A DNA stretch of 64,000 nt from Bispira polyomma (Eukaryota): assembly GCA_965649765.1 (NCBI GenBank), contig OZ287759.1, positions 28,768,001 through 28,832,000 of the forward strand, read 5' to 3'. A model generated the notes under the pieces. It did not search any database, had not been told where the DNA came from, and was given only the letters and a program-made list of their open reading frames with translations. Below are positions 36,351 through 50,759 of the stretch, one piece after another (the first letter of the stretch is position 1; each line of letters starts with the position of its first letter). A program made the position numbers and the translations under genes.

Positions 36351-39300
36351 AAACCTATACACATTTACATAACAATATCTGATTTTTTATTAATAACTCA
36401 AGGCTTTTTTGGGATGTGGGAGGGGGATGAATCGATCAGCAACAAGAAAAATATATACCTGTGACATCAGTAGGGGATTGTTATCTTTTGATGTTATCTT
36501 TAGGTATTATGAGCTTGTTTTTTTTTTGTTTTTGTGTATGCGGTTGAATTTTCTCCATAGTTTTTACAAGGCACAGGATGGGGGTCACTGATTGTATGGT
36601 TCTATGAAACAAGGAAGACAATTGTTGATTATAGAAGTTGATCAATGACATTCTTATATATAGAAAGCCCCCTCCTCACCCCTTCTCCACCCTATTCAGA
36701 TACGGTGAATAAAGGGCATAGTGTAAATGAATCACAGTGCACACATGTAGGTAAAAAAAAACAACACCATTAAGTAGGTTTGGGTTGTGGTTGAGAAATG
36801 TGGTGATGTTTTGAAAGGGGTAAAAAATGCTTCTGTCTCTTAAAAAAGTGTCTGAAATGTTATTTATCAAGCTTTTGTTTTCAGCTTTGTGTTTTGTCTA
36901 GATATGAATAAAGAATGATATGTACCCCTCCTCCAGGCATTCCTATTGTGTGGAGAATTAATTTTATGTGAAGAGTTTTATTAATAATTTTAGTCCTAGC
37001 TATCTTTTATCTTTTGATAATTGCTTCTATATGTGTATTTTAAACAGATGCACCCAACTGCTAGACAAAGCTAATAAGTTCTTTGTCGGTGTGATATATT
37101 ATAAGTTCAGGTACATATCATAGAATTAAAAGTAAATCAAAGTGGTAGATACATTATACATGCTTCACTTAATCCTCTTCTAATTTTCCATTGAATTTGC
37201 AAGGTTTAATAATATAATTGTTTAAGTGACAAAAAATTTGTAGGATATGCTTTCTCTGGCCCATATTTTATCTAATCGCTAGACCATAGCAGACCCTTGA
37301 AGTTGTACAGAGAATAGGTCATCTTGATTCCAGAGCAGGATCACAGAATTTAGCGTCTTTGCTGTACAATTGCATCACATGAGCGGGTAGAGCCATTGCT
37401 AGTTTGGTTAGAAAAAAACAACAAAATAACTTGCAGTGGTTGCATTAGCTCCACAGAGAACGAGTACTAGTGGAGTTAGGGGCGAGTTGAATTAGGGGCG
37501 AGTTGAAAAGCAATTTGGACACTAGCGAACTCTACAAATAAATGTGAACAGGGCTGACCAGTATCCAAAATTGCTAGTTACAGTTGCGAAAGTTAGATGC
37601 ATTGGAGAAAACCATAACAGATTAGTTGGTTAAGATTAATCGACTGTAAACCACTGGCCCACAGCAGGTCTACTACCAACCTTCCAAATGTATATCAGAG
37701 CCAAGATTCAAACCCATGGCTGAATTTACAGGTTTCCAGCGTGTTATCACAACACTCTGCCAAGGTCACTTAGACAAAAATAAGTGGTCCCGACCATCAA
37801 AAACACTTCAAATACACTTACAACATTTTTTTTTCTTGATAAGGGGATTTTCAAAGCATATAATGTGAGATAAATTGAAATAAGCTAGTATTCTGATATT
37901 ATGAAGTCACAACGGCCGTATTGTTTGCACGGAAAATGAGTTGTAGCCAAGCTAGAGGCGAGTTGAGAATGCACCCTGTACGTGGACGAATGCTAGATAT
38001 CGAATGCAACCAGTGTCGACCAGTGTGATTTGTACCTTGCGTAGATCCTGAAATTGTTAGTTAAGGTGGTGAAAGTTGGACGCATCCTCTTAACATACTT
38101 AAATAATAGTGTTTTAACAAAGATCACATGCAACATGTTAGATCAAAAGAAATAAAATATTATAATTTTAAATTTGTTCACTAAAGTAATCTTAGTATAT
38201 CCCCCCCCCCCCCCCCCCGCCACCTGTAGTAATACCTTAATAGAGACACATTCTACCTTTGCATAATGACATTGAGGTAAATTTGGGCTCTTTTCACTTT
38301 TTCTGTCAATTTGTGACATTCCCCAGTGATATTGTCCCTGACATTTAACACACTAGTAACCTTATCACCAACACAACTTTGGATTGACTTTGATCAAATC
38401 TACTTTTTTTTGTGGGAACTGTCTAAACACAAAGCCAGCCCATATATCAGTACATAGCATTTACCATTATATCCACATATAAGCCAAGATATCAGGGAAC
38501 AGAGATTTTTGTCTTAGGACGCTGTGTCTGTTCTTATGCTCATGGTATCTGAAACCTTGGGGTTTTCATGTGTATCATTACCTTTTCATAGGACACAATA
38601 AAAAAGGCAAATGATGAACATTTCTCTTAAAATTCAAAAGGGAAAATGGGTTTTCATTCCAATGGCCATTTGTCCTTGAATATCGTGCCATTTGTTATTT
38701 TTAATACAAAGCCTTTTTCAGGCTTATTTTTAATATAAGAAGGATTTTTAAAGAATAATATTTTATAGTTCTATCAAAGAAAAACCCACAACTATGATGA
38801 ACACATACGTTTTTGAAATAGCTAAAGCTCAGTTCACATGATATTATAATCATAAGCAATAAATCACACAAGACAAAATTGCACTGTGAGAATCGTGAGT
38901 TTTAAATGGTACAAGCAGAATTTTCTTTTAAAAAGCTAAAGCTCGTGATATTTGGTGGGATAACATCCTTCTTCAAGATGTGAACACAAGTTTGCCTAGT
39001 GAGTCGGATGACTACTTAAAATGGCGATAGTCCTCTGTCACTGAGTACTATCTCCAGTAGCAGATTAAAAATCCTTCAGGACGTTGATAAATGCTAAGCC
39101 TTGGCGCTCATAGTGGCTACCCATGAGGAAGCACATTTGAAATGACCCTATGTTGTATAAGTATGCCAGAGCAAGTGTCACATTTAATTTAATTTTCATT
39201 TCATTTCAATGATTTCTAAGTTCCCCTGTACTGGTTTTACAGGCAGCCTCGAGCAGGCTAGTGTCTGAGAAGCTAAAGTAATGACACGCCTACTGTCTGG

Positions 39301-42300
39301 TCACGATGCTTGGTATTTTAAGGACACACTGGGGCTATGAGAATGTACTCATAATGAGGTCAGGTCATCCCTGAGGCTAGCTACACCTCAATGTTACCTG
39401 TTAAATGCATGGCCGTACTGGGGACATTGTCATCATCAAAAGGCAATAAAACACATTCCAATCTCTGGTCAATTGTGTGATATTGCCTCTCCTCAGTCAG
39501 TAAACTGAGGTTCTATGGAATTATAGAAAAGAGAAAGGAAAAGATTTGATTGAATTCACCTGGTTGCATTGTTAATAATAAGTAAAATTCCACTCCTAAC
39601 TTAGATTTTAAGTATTTTCTTGATTTTTTTTCTAACTTAAATCTAAGCGGTATTCACGAAAGAAAGCTTACTTACTTTGTAGAAACAACTCACTTAGATT
39701 TTAAGTGAGCGGATGAGGTACCTTGACATTTCTTTCCTAACTTGGATAGTTAGCAAAACTTAAGTAATTAGAGTTTTTCACTTGTTTGTGAATACAACTT
39801 GTAAGTAAAAAAAATTACGTGTTTGTCAATACGGCCCGCAGGTCTTCAATATTAAGTAAGCATAATCTGTATTTTGTTTGTATTCAAATTTATAATCAAA
39901 GCACTGATTAACCTTTTTTGACTGTCAAAATATAACCAACTGACACTATAGTAACTGTAATTTCCCTTACTAAAGACAGAGGCTTGATGATAACCATTTA
40001 TCAACACCTGAAGGCTCTTTAACGTGTCATTTTAAGCAGTCATCCAAACTACTGTGTAACTGCCAGTAAGTAGTCGTTCCGGGCTGGGAGTGGACCAGGG
40101 TCCTCTACATTCCAAAGCAAGGTTGTTGCCCAGTAGGCCACATATACAGTGGAAGATTATTCATCACAAGTAAACTAAATATGATATGTAAGGGCAATAC
40201 AAAGTAAGCCAAGTGTAACTTGTATTGTCAATTGAGATCAATCAAATTTGTCATATTATAACTTATAGTGCATTATTATATTGCTACGACACTTTTGTCT
40301 ATAGAGAAAATATATGTTGGCAATATTTGCAAAAATGGACAGAAGTCGGTTTTATGAACTGATTTCATGGGCAGATGTGTTTTGTCATCAGCAAGGTTAA
40401 TTGATGGACCTGGGAGACTAAGGAATGTCCACTGTCTACTGTATAATGGTCAGTGTGACCTTAGACCGTAGAATTTTTGCTCAAGGGCACATACCAGAAC
40501 TTTAAGATCTACCTGGGAGGGGGGGGGGGTGTGTGTGCTGGGGGCAAGTACTTTGAGAGTGGACTACTAGACATCTTTATTTATTTTGGACAGCACTTAA
40601 GTTTTACCTGCCCATAGCTTAAAAAGAGTATAAAATAGTATTAGTACCATGATGTAAGAACTAACATGATATAGTAAAGAATTAAAACACTCTGGTGCAC
40701 CATATCTGGTGTAAAATAGTTTCTTTAAAAATACCGCTGTGCAAAATTCCATCCATAATAACATTACTAGTTTCCAATAATCTCAAGTGGAAACTATGTA
40801 CGTCTGATTTTTTTCTTAAAAAAAAACCCAACTGTCTCACAAAGCAATGATTTATCTGACACAACTCCATCTAGGCATTATTCTCTATAACCACATGCTA
40901 TAGTCTCCCATGGTTTAGTCAGTATAGGATGTTGGTCTGCTGATCTCGAGGTCCAGGGTTTTTATAATATACCCTTGTTATCAAGTTACAGTGGTCAGTC
41001 ATTGGAGAGAAGTATAGGTTAGAGTTCACCCTTAGTGTTTATCTATTTAAGAATATTAAAGTACAATTATCGAGGTCTTGAACATTTCTTATAAATTTTT
41101 AATGTTGTAATGTGTTTCCACTAGGCTACAGGTAAAGACAGGTGACTGGCAATGGTAATTCTTTTTTTCTTTTTAAAACTCAGACCTCAGTCACCTTGTT
41201 AACACACATATATAATCTATATCTATCTGACCTGAAATTAGGCTCTCATCTATTTAAATTTCCCCCAATTTAATCTCTAGTAATACATGGAAACTTTCAA
41301 GGCACTAGCTACTTATCAACTATGTCCTGGTGGCCTAGTGGTTAGAACTTAGATCACTTCTAATCACTGGTCTCTCACCAATGTGGGTTTGTCTCCTGTT
41401 TGTTCTTTCATGTGTGAGAGTTTGTCATGTACTTGTCGTAGATCGGTGGTTTATACAGTGGCTTCAGCACTGGTTCCTTCCACCATTAAATCTGGCCGTC
41501 GTTGTTTGACCTAAGCTCAATTCTAGTCTCCTGTATAGAAAACGTAGGTATATACCGAGGATATACTTGAGGATGATATGAACAACATATGATGACCTCT
41601 GATACTGACCAATACTATACATTCTATGCTTGCTTCTTGGAGAACAAATACTTATGATGAATAATTGACATGGGACTATATATACTGCATCATTATAATA
41701 TGTGCATCACCGGAAAATAAGGCGCCCTTTTACAAAATAAATACCTAATTAAATCTAGTCCAATCAATTTTTTATAGTGGTTAATCTCTAATAAGGTTGA
41801 TTCTCAGGCACATATATATTATAGTCAAGTCTCGTAGCGTCCTTTTCTGGAAGGTGGTTGTATCCCAGGAGACACTGGAATGAAGATATAACTATGGCAC
41901 GAAACCTTTGTATTTTAAAAGACTTTTCATTTTTGCCTTTAATCAAATTACCCTTTAAACTCAAATCTGTAGCAATAGTTTTAGTGGATAAATAAACATC
42001 TAGTTCTGTAAATATACTTTTGGAAATGTTTTTAAAATTTTGTAATTTGGTATACTTATTTTTAATAAATACTAGTAAGGTTGCACTAACTACCTCTGTC
42101 TAACCTCTCAAAGTTACTTTGGTAATCGCTAGATATACTCTGATTATCATCCTGTAAGTAAGTACATTACCATTTTCTACAATGTTTCAGAGAGCTGAAT
42201 TATATGGAAGTAAATATTGCATTAATTTTAACATCCATTATTAATATTTTTTTGTTCATTTGAGACTTAGAGAAAGGCTACTAACAATCAAACAGTACGT

Positions 42301-42794
42301 ATATGTAATAAAGCCACATATTACGTTACTCACAGCATCAAGAGGATTTAATTGCAAAATGAATCATAGAAACTTAATAATAAAATAACTATGTCTTCGA
42401 AATTCCATTGAAGATTATGTTATGATATAGTCTCATCAATCATACCACATATAATGCCTTCAGAGTTTGTATATAGCTTCAAAACAAGACAACTTACTGA
42501 CGTCAGTGAAATACCTAAGGTATGTCTTTTTATGGTTTGGTTATGCGTTTGTAGGGAGTGAAATGAGATCTTGGGAAAACTAGACCTGGATGTATTATGT
42601 GTATTGGTTGACTGCATATAGAATTCTACATATATATATATATATATATATACACATGTATGTATTTGTGAGGGATAAGGATCAAGTCTCAGCTTATAGA
42701 ATACCAGAAAGTATTATAAAAACAATAAAGTCCTCCTTAGCCTGGCGGAGACTCTATATAATGTTTTAAAAATCATTGTTATCTAATGTACTTT

Positions 42795-43070
42795 GACTTT
42801 TATACCCCAGCCTGGGTTCTTCCATTTGTCAACCAATTGTTCAGTCTCCGCTCCTTCAGGAAGCATACTAGCTGTGCTGCCACATATGGCTTACAAAGAC
42901 TAACACTCATTAGCGGCCAGGTAGCCATTTATACACCCGGGTAGAAAATAGACAACTTTGTGTAAAGTACCTTGTCCATGGGTACAAACACCAATCCTGC
43001 AACGCGGGTCGAACTGCGACCCTCAGATCTCTCAGATCTAAAGTCAGACACTCCAACGGCAAAGCCACAA
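42795..43070 (-). mobile_element. tRNA-derived SINE, CORE/Deu-type (same family as 36040-36350)
   Basis: Reverse complement shares the core (ggtagccatttatacacccgggtag, aaagtaccttgtcc) and the ccccagcctgggttctt tail. Confidence 0.7.
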
Positions 43071-43339
43071 TAAACTGCGGCTAAGACAAGGCTACCAAGG
43101 GCCAGTATCTTCCCATGACGTTGTTTCAGACACCACCAAATGTGCCCTCATGACAACATAGAAACCTTGAGGACATGTACACTGGGCTCTTACGTGTCAT
43201 TACAACCCACAAATTGGCCACAAAATGGAAAAAAATATATATAAACACACACCTTGTCTTTTACAGTAGATACCCTATAATTAGCCTTAAGAAAGACTCC
43301 AGTTTTACACTGTGATAAAAGTGCTTCTAGTGATGTTAA

Positions 43340-43960
43340 AGCAGCTTGGTTGTAAGTAGTAGTTAACACACTCGCTTCCCACCTCTACGATTGTGGCTTC
43401 GAATCCCGGCAGCAGTTTTATGTAGGAAAGTTTGCAGTGACTTGAGGTTTACAGTGCAGAATCTTGACCAACTAGTATGCACTGGTTTTCCCCCCACCAG
43501 TAAAACTGTCCATCATGATATGGCCTATACAAGATATTGAAAGCTACATTAAACTAATTAATCGTTCTAGTGATATCAAACACTCAAGTGATGCAGTGAA
43601 ACAACAAACAATGTGTTCCTATATTAACAAAACATCGGGCCTCACACACATGGATGCTATTCATTTTCCACAACAAGGGGAAAACGTATTCCATGTTAGA
43701 GGCTATTTAAATAAAGGTATAACGATCGTAAACTATATGTTTATAGTTCTCGACCAGATTTAAGGGGTCGCTGTGTGGCCTAGTGGTTATAAGCATCTGT
43801 TTTAAAATCACTGGGGATCGAATACCACAGATTCATTTTCGATGTGAGAAAGTTTGTCAGGTACTTGCTGTGGGTCAGTGGTTTACAATGCTTAGTTTCC
43901 TCTACCACTAATCCTGGGCGCTTGGAACCACGACGTAAAACCTAAATAAATTCAAATTCT
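43340..43960 (+). mobile_element. Two older Meta-core-like SINE copies
   Basis: tRNA-like heads, (g)gaaagtttg core and caaatt-type tail; further diverged copies at ~15060, ~19140, ~19560, 35740(-), 37560(-), 41325, 55195. Confidence 0.65.
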
Positions 43961-46568
43961 CGACAAGATTTAAGCCTTGAAGAAAGGCTAAGTTCTTTCA
44001 GAATGTGTTATTTTTCTGTGAATGACGATCAGTTTGTGGGTTATATTTGCCCTTTTTTAGTATGTGAGTAACAGATGGGAGGGTGTTAAATCATCATCAG
44101 CATCATGCTTTTGTCATCTCAGTTCTGTTGGCTTAAGTGAGTCACTTTTTAGAAAATAAAACCAAAATAAATAGCATTTCTCGTTGTGGTTTCTATTCGT
44201 TACTCATACTAGTCCCATTTTGCAACTGTGTGTGTGGTGAAGATTATAGAAATAAGATTGAATGGAGAAGTCATTAATTTCGATTAAGTCAATGACTTGT
44301 ATTGAGGTTACATTTTACCTTACTCTTTGTTATTTTCTACATATATATTTAATTTGTGGTTTATGGTAAACATTCTTTAAGATAAATTTTCAATTGTCCA
44401 CATTATAAAATTAATGTGTTTGGGAATTAACCTCAAAAGTTATATTCTAAAGCCCTTTGTAAACCAAAAGGCATGGAATTTGACAAAAAATAGTAGAAAA
44501 TCATAGTCAAGGTCATAAGTAAGGATGTGTGGTGTACAGGGTTGGAATTAAGGGGGTGGGGGGTGGGGGTGGGGTGGGGGGTGAAACGAGTTTAAAGAGG
44601 TAGGTTTGAAATCTTTTTCTGTTTTTGAGTAATCTAAACTCAATTTGGAGAACGTTCCATAACATATGGGTCTGTTCAAAACTAATGCCTCTCCATACCT
44701 CAAAAAACGACATTGGCTTCCCATTTATTAGTGTATTTCGTTTAAAATTTATGTAACTACTTTCAATGCTGTTATCTCTCATCAGCTCCCCCCTCCCCCC
44801 CTCTCCCCCCACACATCTTGCTGTTCACCTTTCCTTCAGTGACCATAAAAGGAAATGAAATATTTTATTTCTTCTGCTAAACTTACCATGAAGGCGTGAT
44901 CTCGAGCTTTCTATATTGATGACCTTATGTTATGGAATAGTGTCCCTGTTGAGCTAAGATCGCTTGAAACACTTTCTAGTTTTAGGAAAAAGACATCTTT
45001 TCAAACCTGCTTACCTGCTTTAGTTCCCTCCATGTAAGTAGTGTTCAAACACACCTGTATATTGTATTATAATTGTACTATTCAAGTGCTTTATGTTTTG
45101 GTGCATGAGGTACAAAATGAACACATTTGTTTTTTCAGAACTTGCAATTGGTCCAAATGTTGCTTCTGTTTCTACAGATAAGACAAATGTGGGGGTATTA
45201 TATGGTCGTGATCTTCAAAGTGAGGGACCCCATTTGTTGATGACATCAAACTAGGACACACAAAGGTCCCCCAGGGGTGGGAGTGTGTGGGTGTTAGTGG
45301 GGCTATAAATCTGGGTGTGTATACTTGTGTGTGTGTGTGTATGTGGAGGCCCACTAAACACCCCTATTTATATTGTGTCCTTGGCAAGGGAGAAACAGTA
45401 CAGTACAAACATATGTGTGTTAAACTACTTGTGTTCTTATTTTTGTGGGTGTAAATCCAGTCCCCCCGTTTTGGGGACATTGAACTTAATCCTTTCAAAG
45501 TAAAAACACATCAATATTTCTCCTGTCATAGAGCATAAATTAAGGATAGAACAGTTGCATCAATGACTGGTTAGTCGTAAAATCACCTTATCTAAATTGC
45601 AGATACTGTAGGTCAGTAGAAGGTTTATTTATTTCTGAGAAAGATTTTCACAATTTTAGAGGGTTCTTTTTCACTGGGGTGAAATTTCAATGTTAGTCAA
45701 TGCATTGTATTTTCTTAAAAACGTAATAACAAAGTTAAACTTTCAGCAGGGAATTTGTTTTGACTATTGGTTTTGGACTCACCCGATTGGTTAATTGATT
45801 CTGTTGTTGTACTTTAGAAGATGTCTCGCATCATTACGGCGCATTAAAAATGCAAAATACACTATCCACTTTCATTAGCATAAAAATCAAATACTTTACT
45901 ATTCCATCTGATATGTTTGCATGATGCAGAACATAAAAATCTGAAGCATCTTCTAAGGGAAGTAATCTCTGAATTAAGAAAGTCTTATTAGATATGATGC
46001 TGCAGGTGTGTTCATCTAGACATCTTCATCCAGATATTTAACAGGTCAATTTTGTTAAAAGTATACAATATTTGTTCATAATAAACCATTAATTATATAA
46101 AATGTATAATAAACTGTATATTGCTAGACACATGGACAAAATATGTTAAACCTATTTTACTTTGACTTTTATGGGGTTTTCATTTACAAATACTAATACT
46201 CTATAGCTTTGGCAAATTTGTATGTCCAGATAATGTCACATTGAACACCATAAAAATACATGCAGATTCAAATCTATATTTCTGTTATGAAATAGTACAA
46301 ATAATTTGCCCGAAAGAAAATTCTGGAGAAAATGACGACAGTTCTGATAAATGGTAAAATCCTTTGAAAAAAATCCTACCCCAACTGTAAAAAAAAACGT
46401 TTCCTTTGAGTTCCTTTGAGAACTAAGACTCCGACCCTAGATGCTTGTGGTTGTACAATATACTTTACCACTGTGTGTGTTACACCACGCCATCTCATAT
46501 TATCATCATTCAACACACATCATAAATATCACAAAGCCCAAAAACGGATATTGATGACTCCACTTTGG

Positions 46569-46687
46569 TGAGTCACTGTATATGACGTCAGGGATTTTTA
46601 TAAGATTTACTGGGGCTTTCCCCAGACAAATGTTTACAAACATTCCTGGGATTCCTCTTATACTGATTAAAACTCTTCATGACGTCA
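46569..46687. promoter_or_regulatory. Dense AP-1/CRE/NF-kB/forkhead motif cluster (candidate enhancer)
   Basis: TGAGTCA 46569, TGACGTCA 46583 and 46680, GGGGCTTTCC 46612, TGTTTAC 46631, GGGATTCC 46648 within ~120 bp. Confidence 0.55.
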
Positions 46688-46752
46688 CTACATATTCCCG
46701 CAGCTATCGTCGTCATGATTATAACCGAAAATAGTATTGATGTATTACTTAC

Positions 46753-46959
46753 CGGAGATATCAAAGCTAACTGACACTCGGTATGCATATATGGCTTTTA
46801 TTATTGTTTTTCATTCATAGCCGATGAATAGTGCCTTCACCTTGATTATTTTCCGCACATTAAGCACATGTCTGCCCTTGGTCCCCATAAATCTATTTTC
46901 CTGAGGTTTCTCCCATTTATTGGGAGGACACTGAACTCGGGAAGATGTTTGTTCTGCGT
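46753..46959 (-). other. Candidate exon (mostly 5'UTR-like) of an unannotated minus-strand transcript
   Basis: Strong acceptor tttttgctgtttcag| and consensus donor CCG|GTAAGTA. Confidence 0.5.
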
Positions 46960-47454
46960 CTGAAACAGCAAAAACAGTTTTAATAACCTTAATTTAGTAC
47001 TGAAAGTTATGGTAGCCTGTCTCATAAGTTGGTCAAATTTATGGTGAAGTAAAAAATGACTTCTAGATCAAATTATAGCACTTGTTATTTAAGTCGTACA
47101 TATGTAATATGCTACATATGTTTTGATGCTATATTTTTATTCACATTGCTTTCAATTATTGTTAAACCACAACTTACTAAAGTTTAGTTGTGTAATGATA
47201 AAAGACTATTTTTTATGCCAATCCTGTTACAGAAAATCCATCTAGGGTTTGTTTTTAAAGATTACATGATGCTTGGTTTGCTCAAGGGATACATGTAAGT
47301 ATCTTGTGTTAATTAAAATTTGTAATATACTTTGTACTTCTTTTTGGTTCAGTATAATAAACAAGGCATTTGTGATGACTTATTTTTAAGCAATAACCAT
47401 AGCATACAACATAAAAAACATACACACCAGACTTTCTCTTTCCTCTGTTAAACC

Positions 47455-47703
47455 GGGGCCGTGGTGGCCGAGTGGTTAGCAAGCATTGTGCTTCACAACC
47501 ACTGGTCTCTCATCTCTGGGCGACGTGAGTTCAAATCCCGTTGATGCCTATGTGGGAAAGGTGATAGTTCCTTACTGTGGGCCACTGACTTCAGTGCAGA
47601 ACCTTGATCAACTGAATGCAGTGTTTCCTCTAGCGTTTCCAACTACCCGTCCCAATATAACCTAAACAGGTACTAGAGTGGACGTTAAATATCCTAATTC
47701 AAA
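47455..47703 (+). mobile_element. tRNA-derived SINE (young copy)
   Basis: Perfect 15-bp TSD ttcctctgttaaacc (47440-47454 and 47704-47718); highly similar to 5387-5645. Confidence 0.9.
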
Positions 47704-47727
47704 TTCCTCTGTTAAACCCACTAATAG

Positions 47728-48041
47728 CAGGGGCGTAGCTACCATTAACGCCAGTATGCCCAGGCATCCAATTTAATGACAAGAAAGAAAAAAAAATAAA
47801 TAAAAAAAAAATAATAATTGATTGAAATTTCTTTTTATTCTGTTTGTTCTATTAATAACATAGATTCTTGTAGAAAATTTTATTTGGTACTCCCCAATTA
47901 AACCACAATATTATGTTAATGGTTAATGACCCCCTCCTCCTCCCCCCCCTCTCCCCCCACGAATTGAATTTTTGGTAAAAAGAACCTAATATATTGGTTT
48001 AATTTGGAAGTATCAGATGAAAAATCCTGGCTACTCCCCTG
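47728..48041. mobile_element. MITE with CAGGGG(C/A)GTAGC termini
   Basis: caggggcgtagc ... gctactcccctg inverted ends, flanked by 5-bp direct repeat AATAG. Confidence 0.65.
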
Positions 48042-50759
48042 AATAGGGCTGGAATAATCACAGTTCCCATGTCATGGAACAGTCTGCCAAGTGAGCTTGA
48101 ATCACTAGAAACACTGTGTGGGTTTAGGAGAAAGTTTAAACCTATTTCTTAAAATTCCCTTCACCCCCCCTCCCCCCCCCTAATTTTATCAATGATAAGG
48201 AAATCTGATGTCACATTAACTTCATGTACACCCACACAAACATTTACTCAACCCCCACCCGCCACTTCCCTCACTGTACACCCCACATCCTTCCTTATGA
48301 CCTGGATATATTTTTGGGTGATTTTTCGATTGGTTAATGATGCTATTGTTGCACTTTGGAAGATGCCTCGCATCAACAAGGCACGTTTAAAATGCAAAAT
48401 ACCATACAATATAATATTATACATTTTTTACAATAAAAGATATCTGTAAAATCCAAGTACACTGGATTAATTCATAAACATTACAAGCACACAAAAAAAA
48501 AACTCAGAAAGAAATATTGTGGGGCTGCAGAGAATAGTAAATTTTGTGTGGGGTATATGAAGTTAATCTGACATCAGATTTCCCTTTATAATTGATGAGA
48601 GTTTTTGGATTAGATTTCTTGTGATAATACACCCTTTGGTTCAGCACATTAAGAGTATGGCGACTTTATATTTATGTTTGGGGGTACATAAAGGTAATGT
48701 GACATCAGATTTCCTTATAATTGATAATATAATTCTTGTGACAGTAGACTCTTTGGTTCAGCATATTTAAGGGTATAGAGAATTTATATAAGATTTTATT
48801 TATCTATAGTATACATACAACCTAATCTGCAGACTATACCTTTTTGATATTCTATTATCATTTTCTTTCCTCATAGATATATAATTTTGGGCACATAAGC
48901 AGTGACACAGTGAATAAGTATTTTATACTCTGCATGTGATAGAATACAATAACCTTTTCTTGACTATAAATTAAAGGATAGATGACAAAAATATATACAT
49001 CTTAAATCAATCAGACAAAAAAACAAAAAAAACAAAAAAAAACAGGTTTTGTTTTTAGTAAACACAGGAAGAAAAACCAGGCATGTCTGCCTCTTGTAAA
49101 TTTGTTTAGTTCATTGATTCCCATTTGGTTATTTTTTTTCTGATAAAATTGATAATACATGTAAACGAAATATATTAAAAGAATGGACAATGTATTATTT
49201 ATATAGATTAATGAGTCAATAATGAAAAATATAAAATTATTAATATGTAAATTTAATACGACATCAAAACAGCAACTTTGTTTAGTATATTAATTTACAT
49301 ATGGTTATTCATTTCTTGTAAAGTTGATGTTACCATTAAAAATAGACGATGTATTGTTTTATATAGATAAATGACTCAACACTAGAGAATATAAAGTTAC
49401 TCGTATGTAATTTGGTGAAACAGCAAAACAAAACGGCAACTTAAAGCTAACATTTCTCTTGTACATTTTTGGTATTAATAACTAAATCAGAATACAAATA
49501 TCCTTATCATTAATTTAGACAAATATTTCACGTATTTCACACGTTTTTCTAATTATTTTTTAATTATGCCTTCCATTATTTCCCCCTAACAAATTTAATC
49601 GCCACCAAAGAATGTTAATGACATAGCAATTAATGGTGATTTCAACGCTAGTGTTTTAGTGTTATGTCTGCATGCCTTATGCCAGATTGCTGAAAATGAG
49701 GCCTGGTCCAAAAAACAACTTGGTATGACGTCAGCGACATTCCTCTAAACACATGCTAAATTATCTGAAGAAATGGCGCTTCCACATGTCGTTTGATGAA
49801 ACGTCTGTTTTGAGGGGGAATATAAAATCATATTCCCGTAAAAGTAAGATAAATGGTCTTGAGAACAGGCGAAAGTATGCGAGAAATGCTGTTTCTGATG
49901 CACGAGAAATTATGGAATTATAAACAAGTAATCAAGGAAAAAATCAATAGACCGAGGCAACTTGTATCTTACACTAGGCACCATAAGTTATGTGATGTTC
50001 TGGTAAAAGAAAGATTTTGGACTGTATATTTTGGCCACCGTTTATTATTTTTGTGCTTGACATATTAGTTAATTCGTTTTTGTTTTTTTTATTTTAGTTT
50101 CACAAAACACATGTATGCAAAAAGTATGTCAGTTAATGTTGCTCCAACTTTAATTCAGTTGATGGATAATTAAATATAAATGGGCTTCTCTACATGAATT
50201 TCAGAAGAATATCACTTTCATTTTTTCAGTAGTATATTTTCAAGAAAGTTTATCACACCATGTACCAATGCGTTTAGAGCAGGATTTCATTTTCCTAAAT
50301 ATGTATTTTTATTTAAACATTTTAGGCAATATTATACACATACAGTGGCTTACTTTTACACCACAGGAATGGTAAAACAATGATTAAGTCCATGCTTATT
50401 GGGCCTATTGAACTAGAAAGAGCTACATTTTGCTTTCTGCATAGCATCAAAAATAATAATAAAAAAAGTGTGAATTAGTGCTTTTATTACAAGATAAAGG
50501 TGAATTAATTAGCAGAGTATAAATCTCAATACAATAATTTCAGATATATATAATATTTTATCGTAACCTTAATCTATTAACAACATCTACACATTATAGT
50601 TAAATATTAAATCAATAACAACACCACATATACATCCCGTCTGTCCGTGAAAGGACCATAACCTCTAGTAACAAAACCTTTATACACAATCTGTCTAAAC
50701 AGTACTATTAACTCTGTGGTGCAGTATATTCCCGGAGCTCCTATTTCCGAGCACGAACC

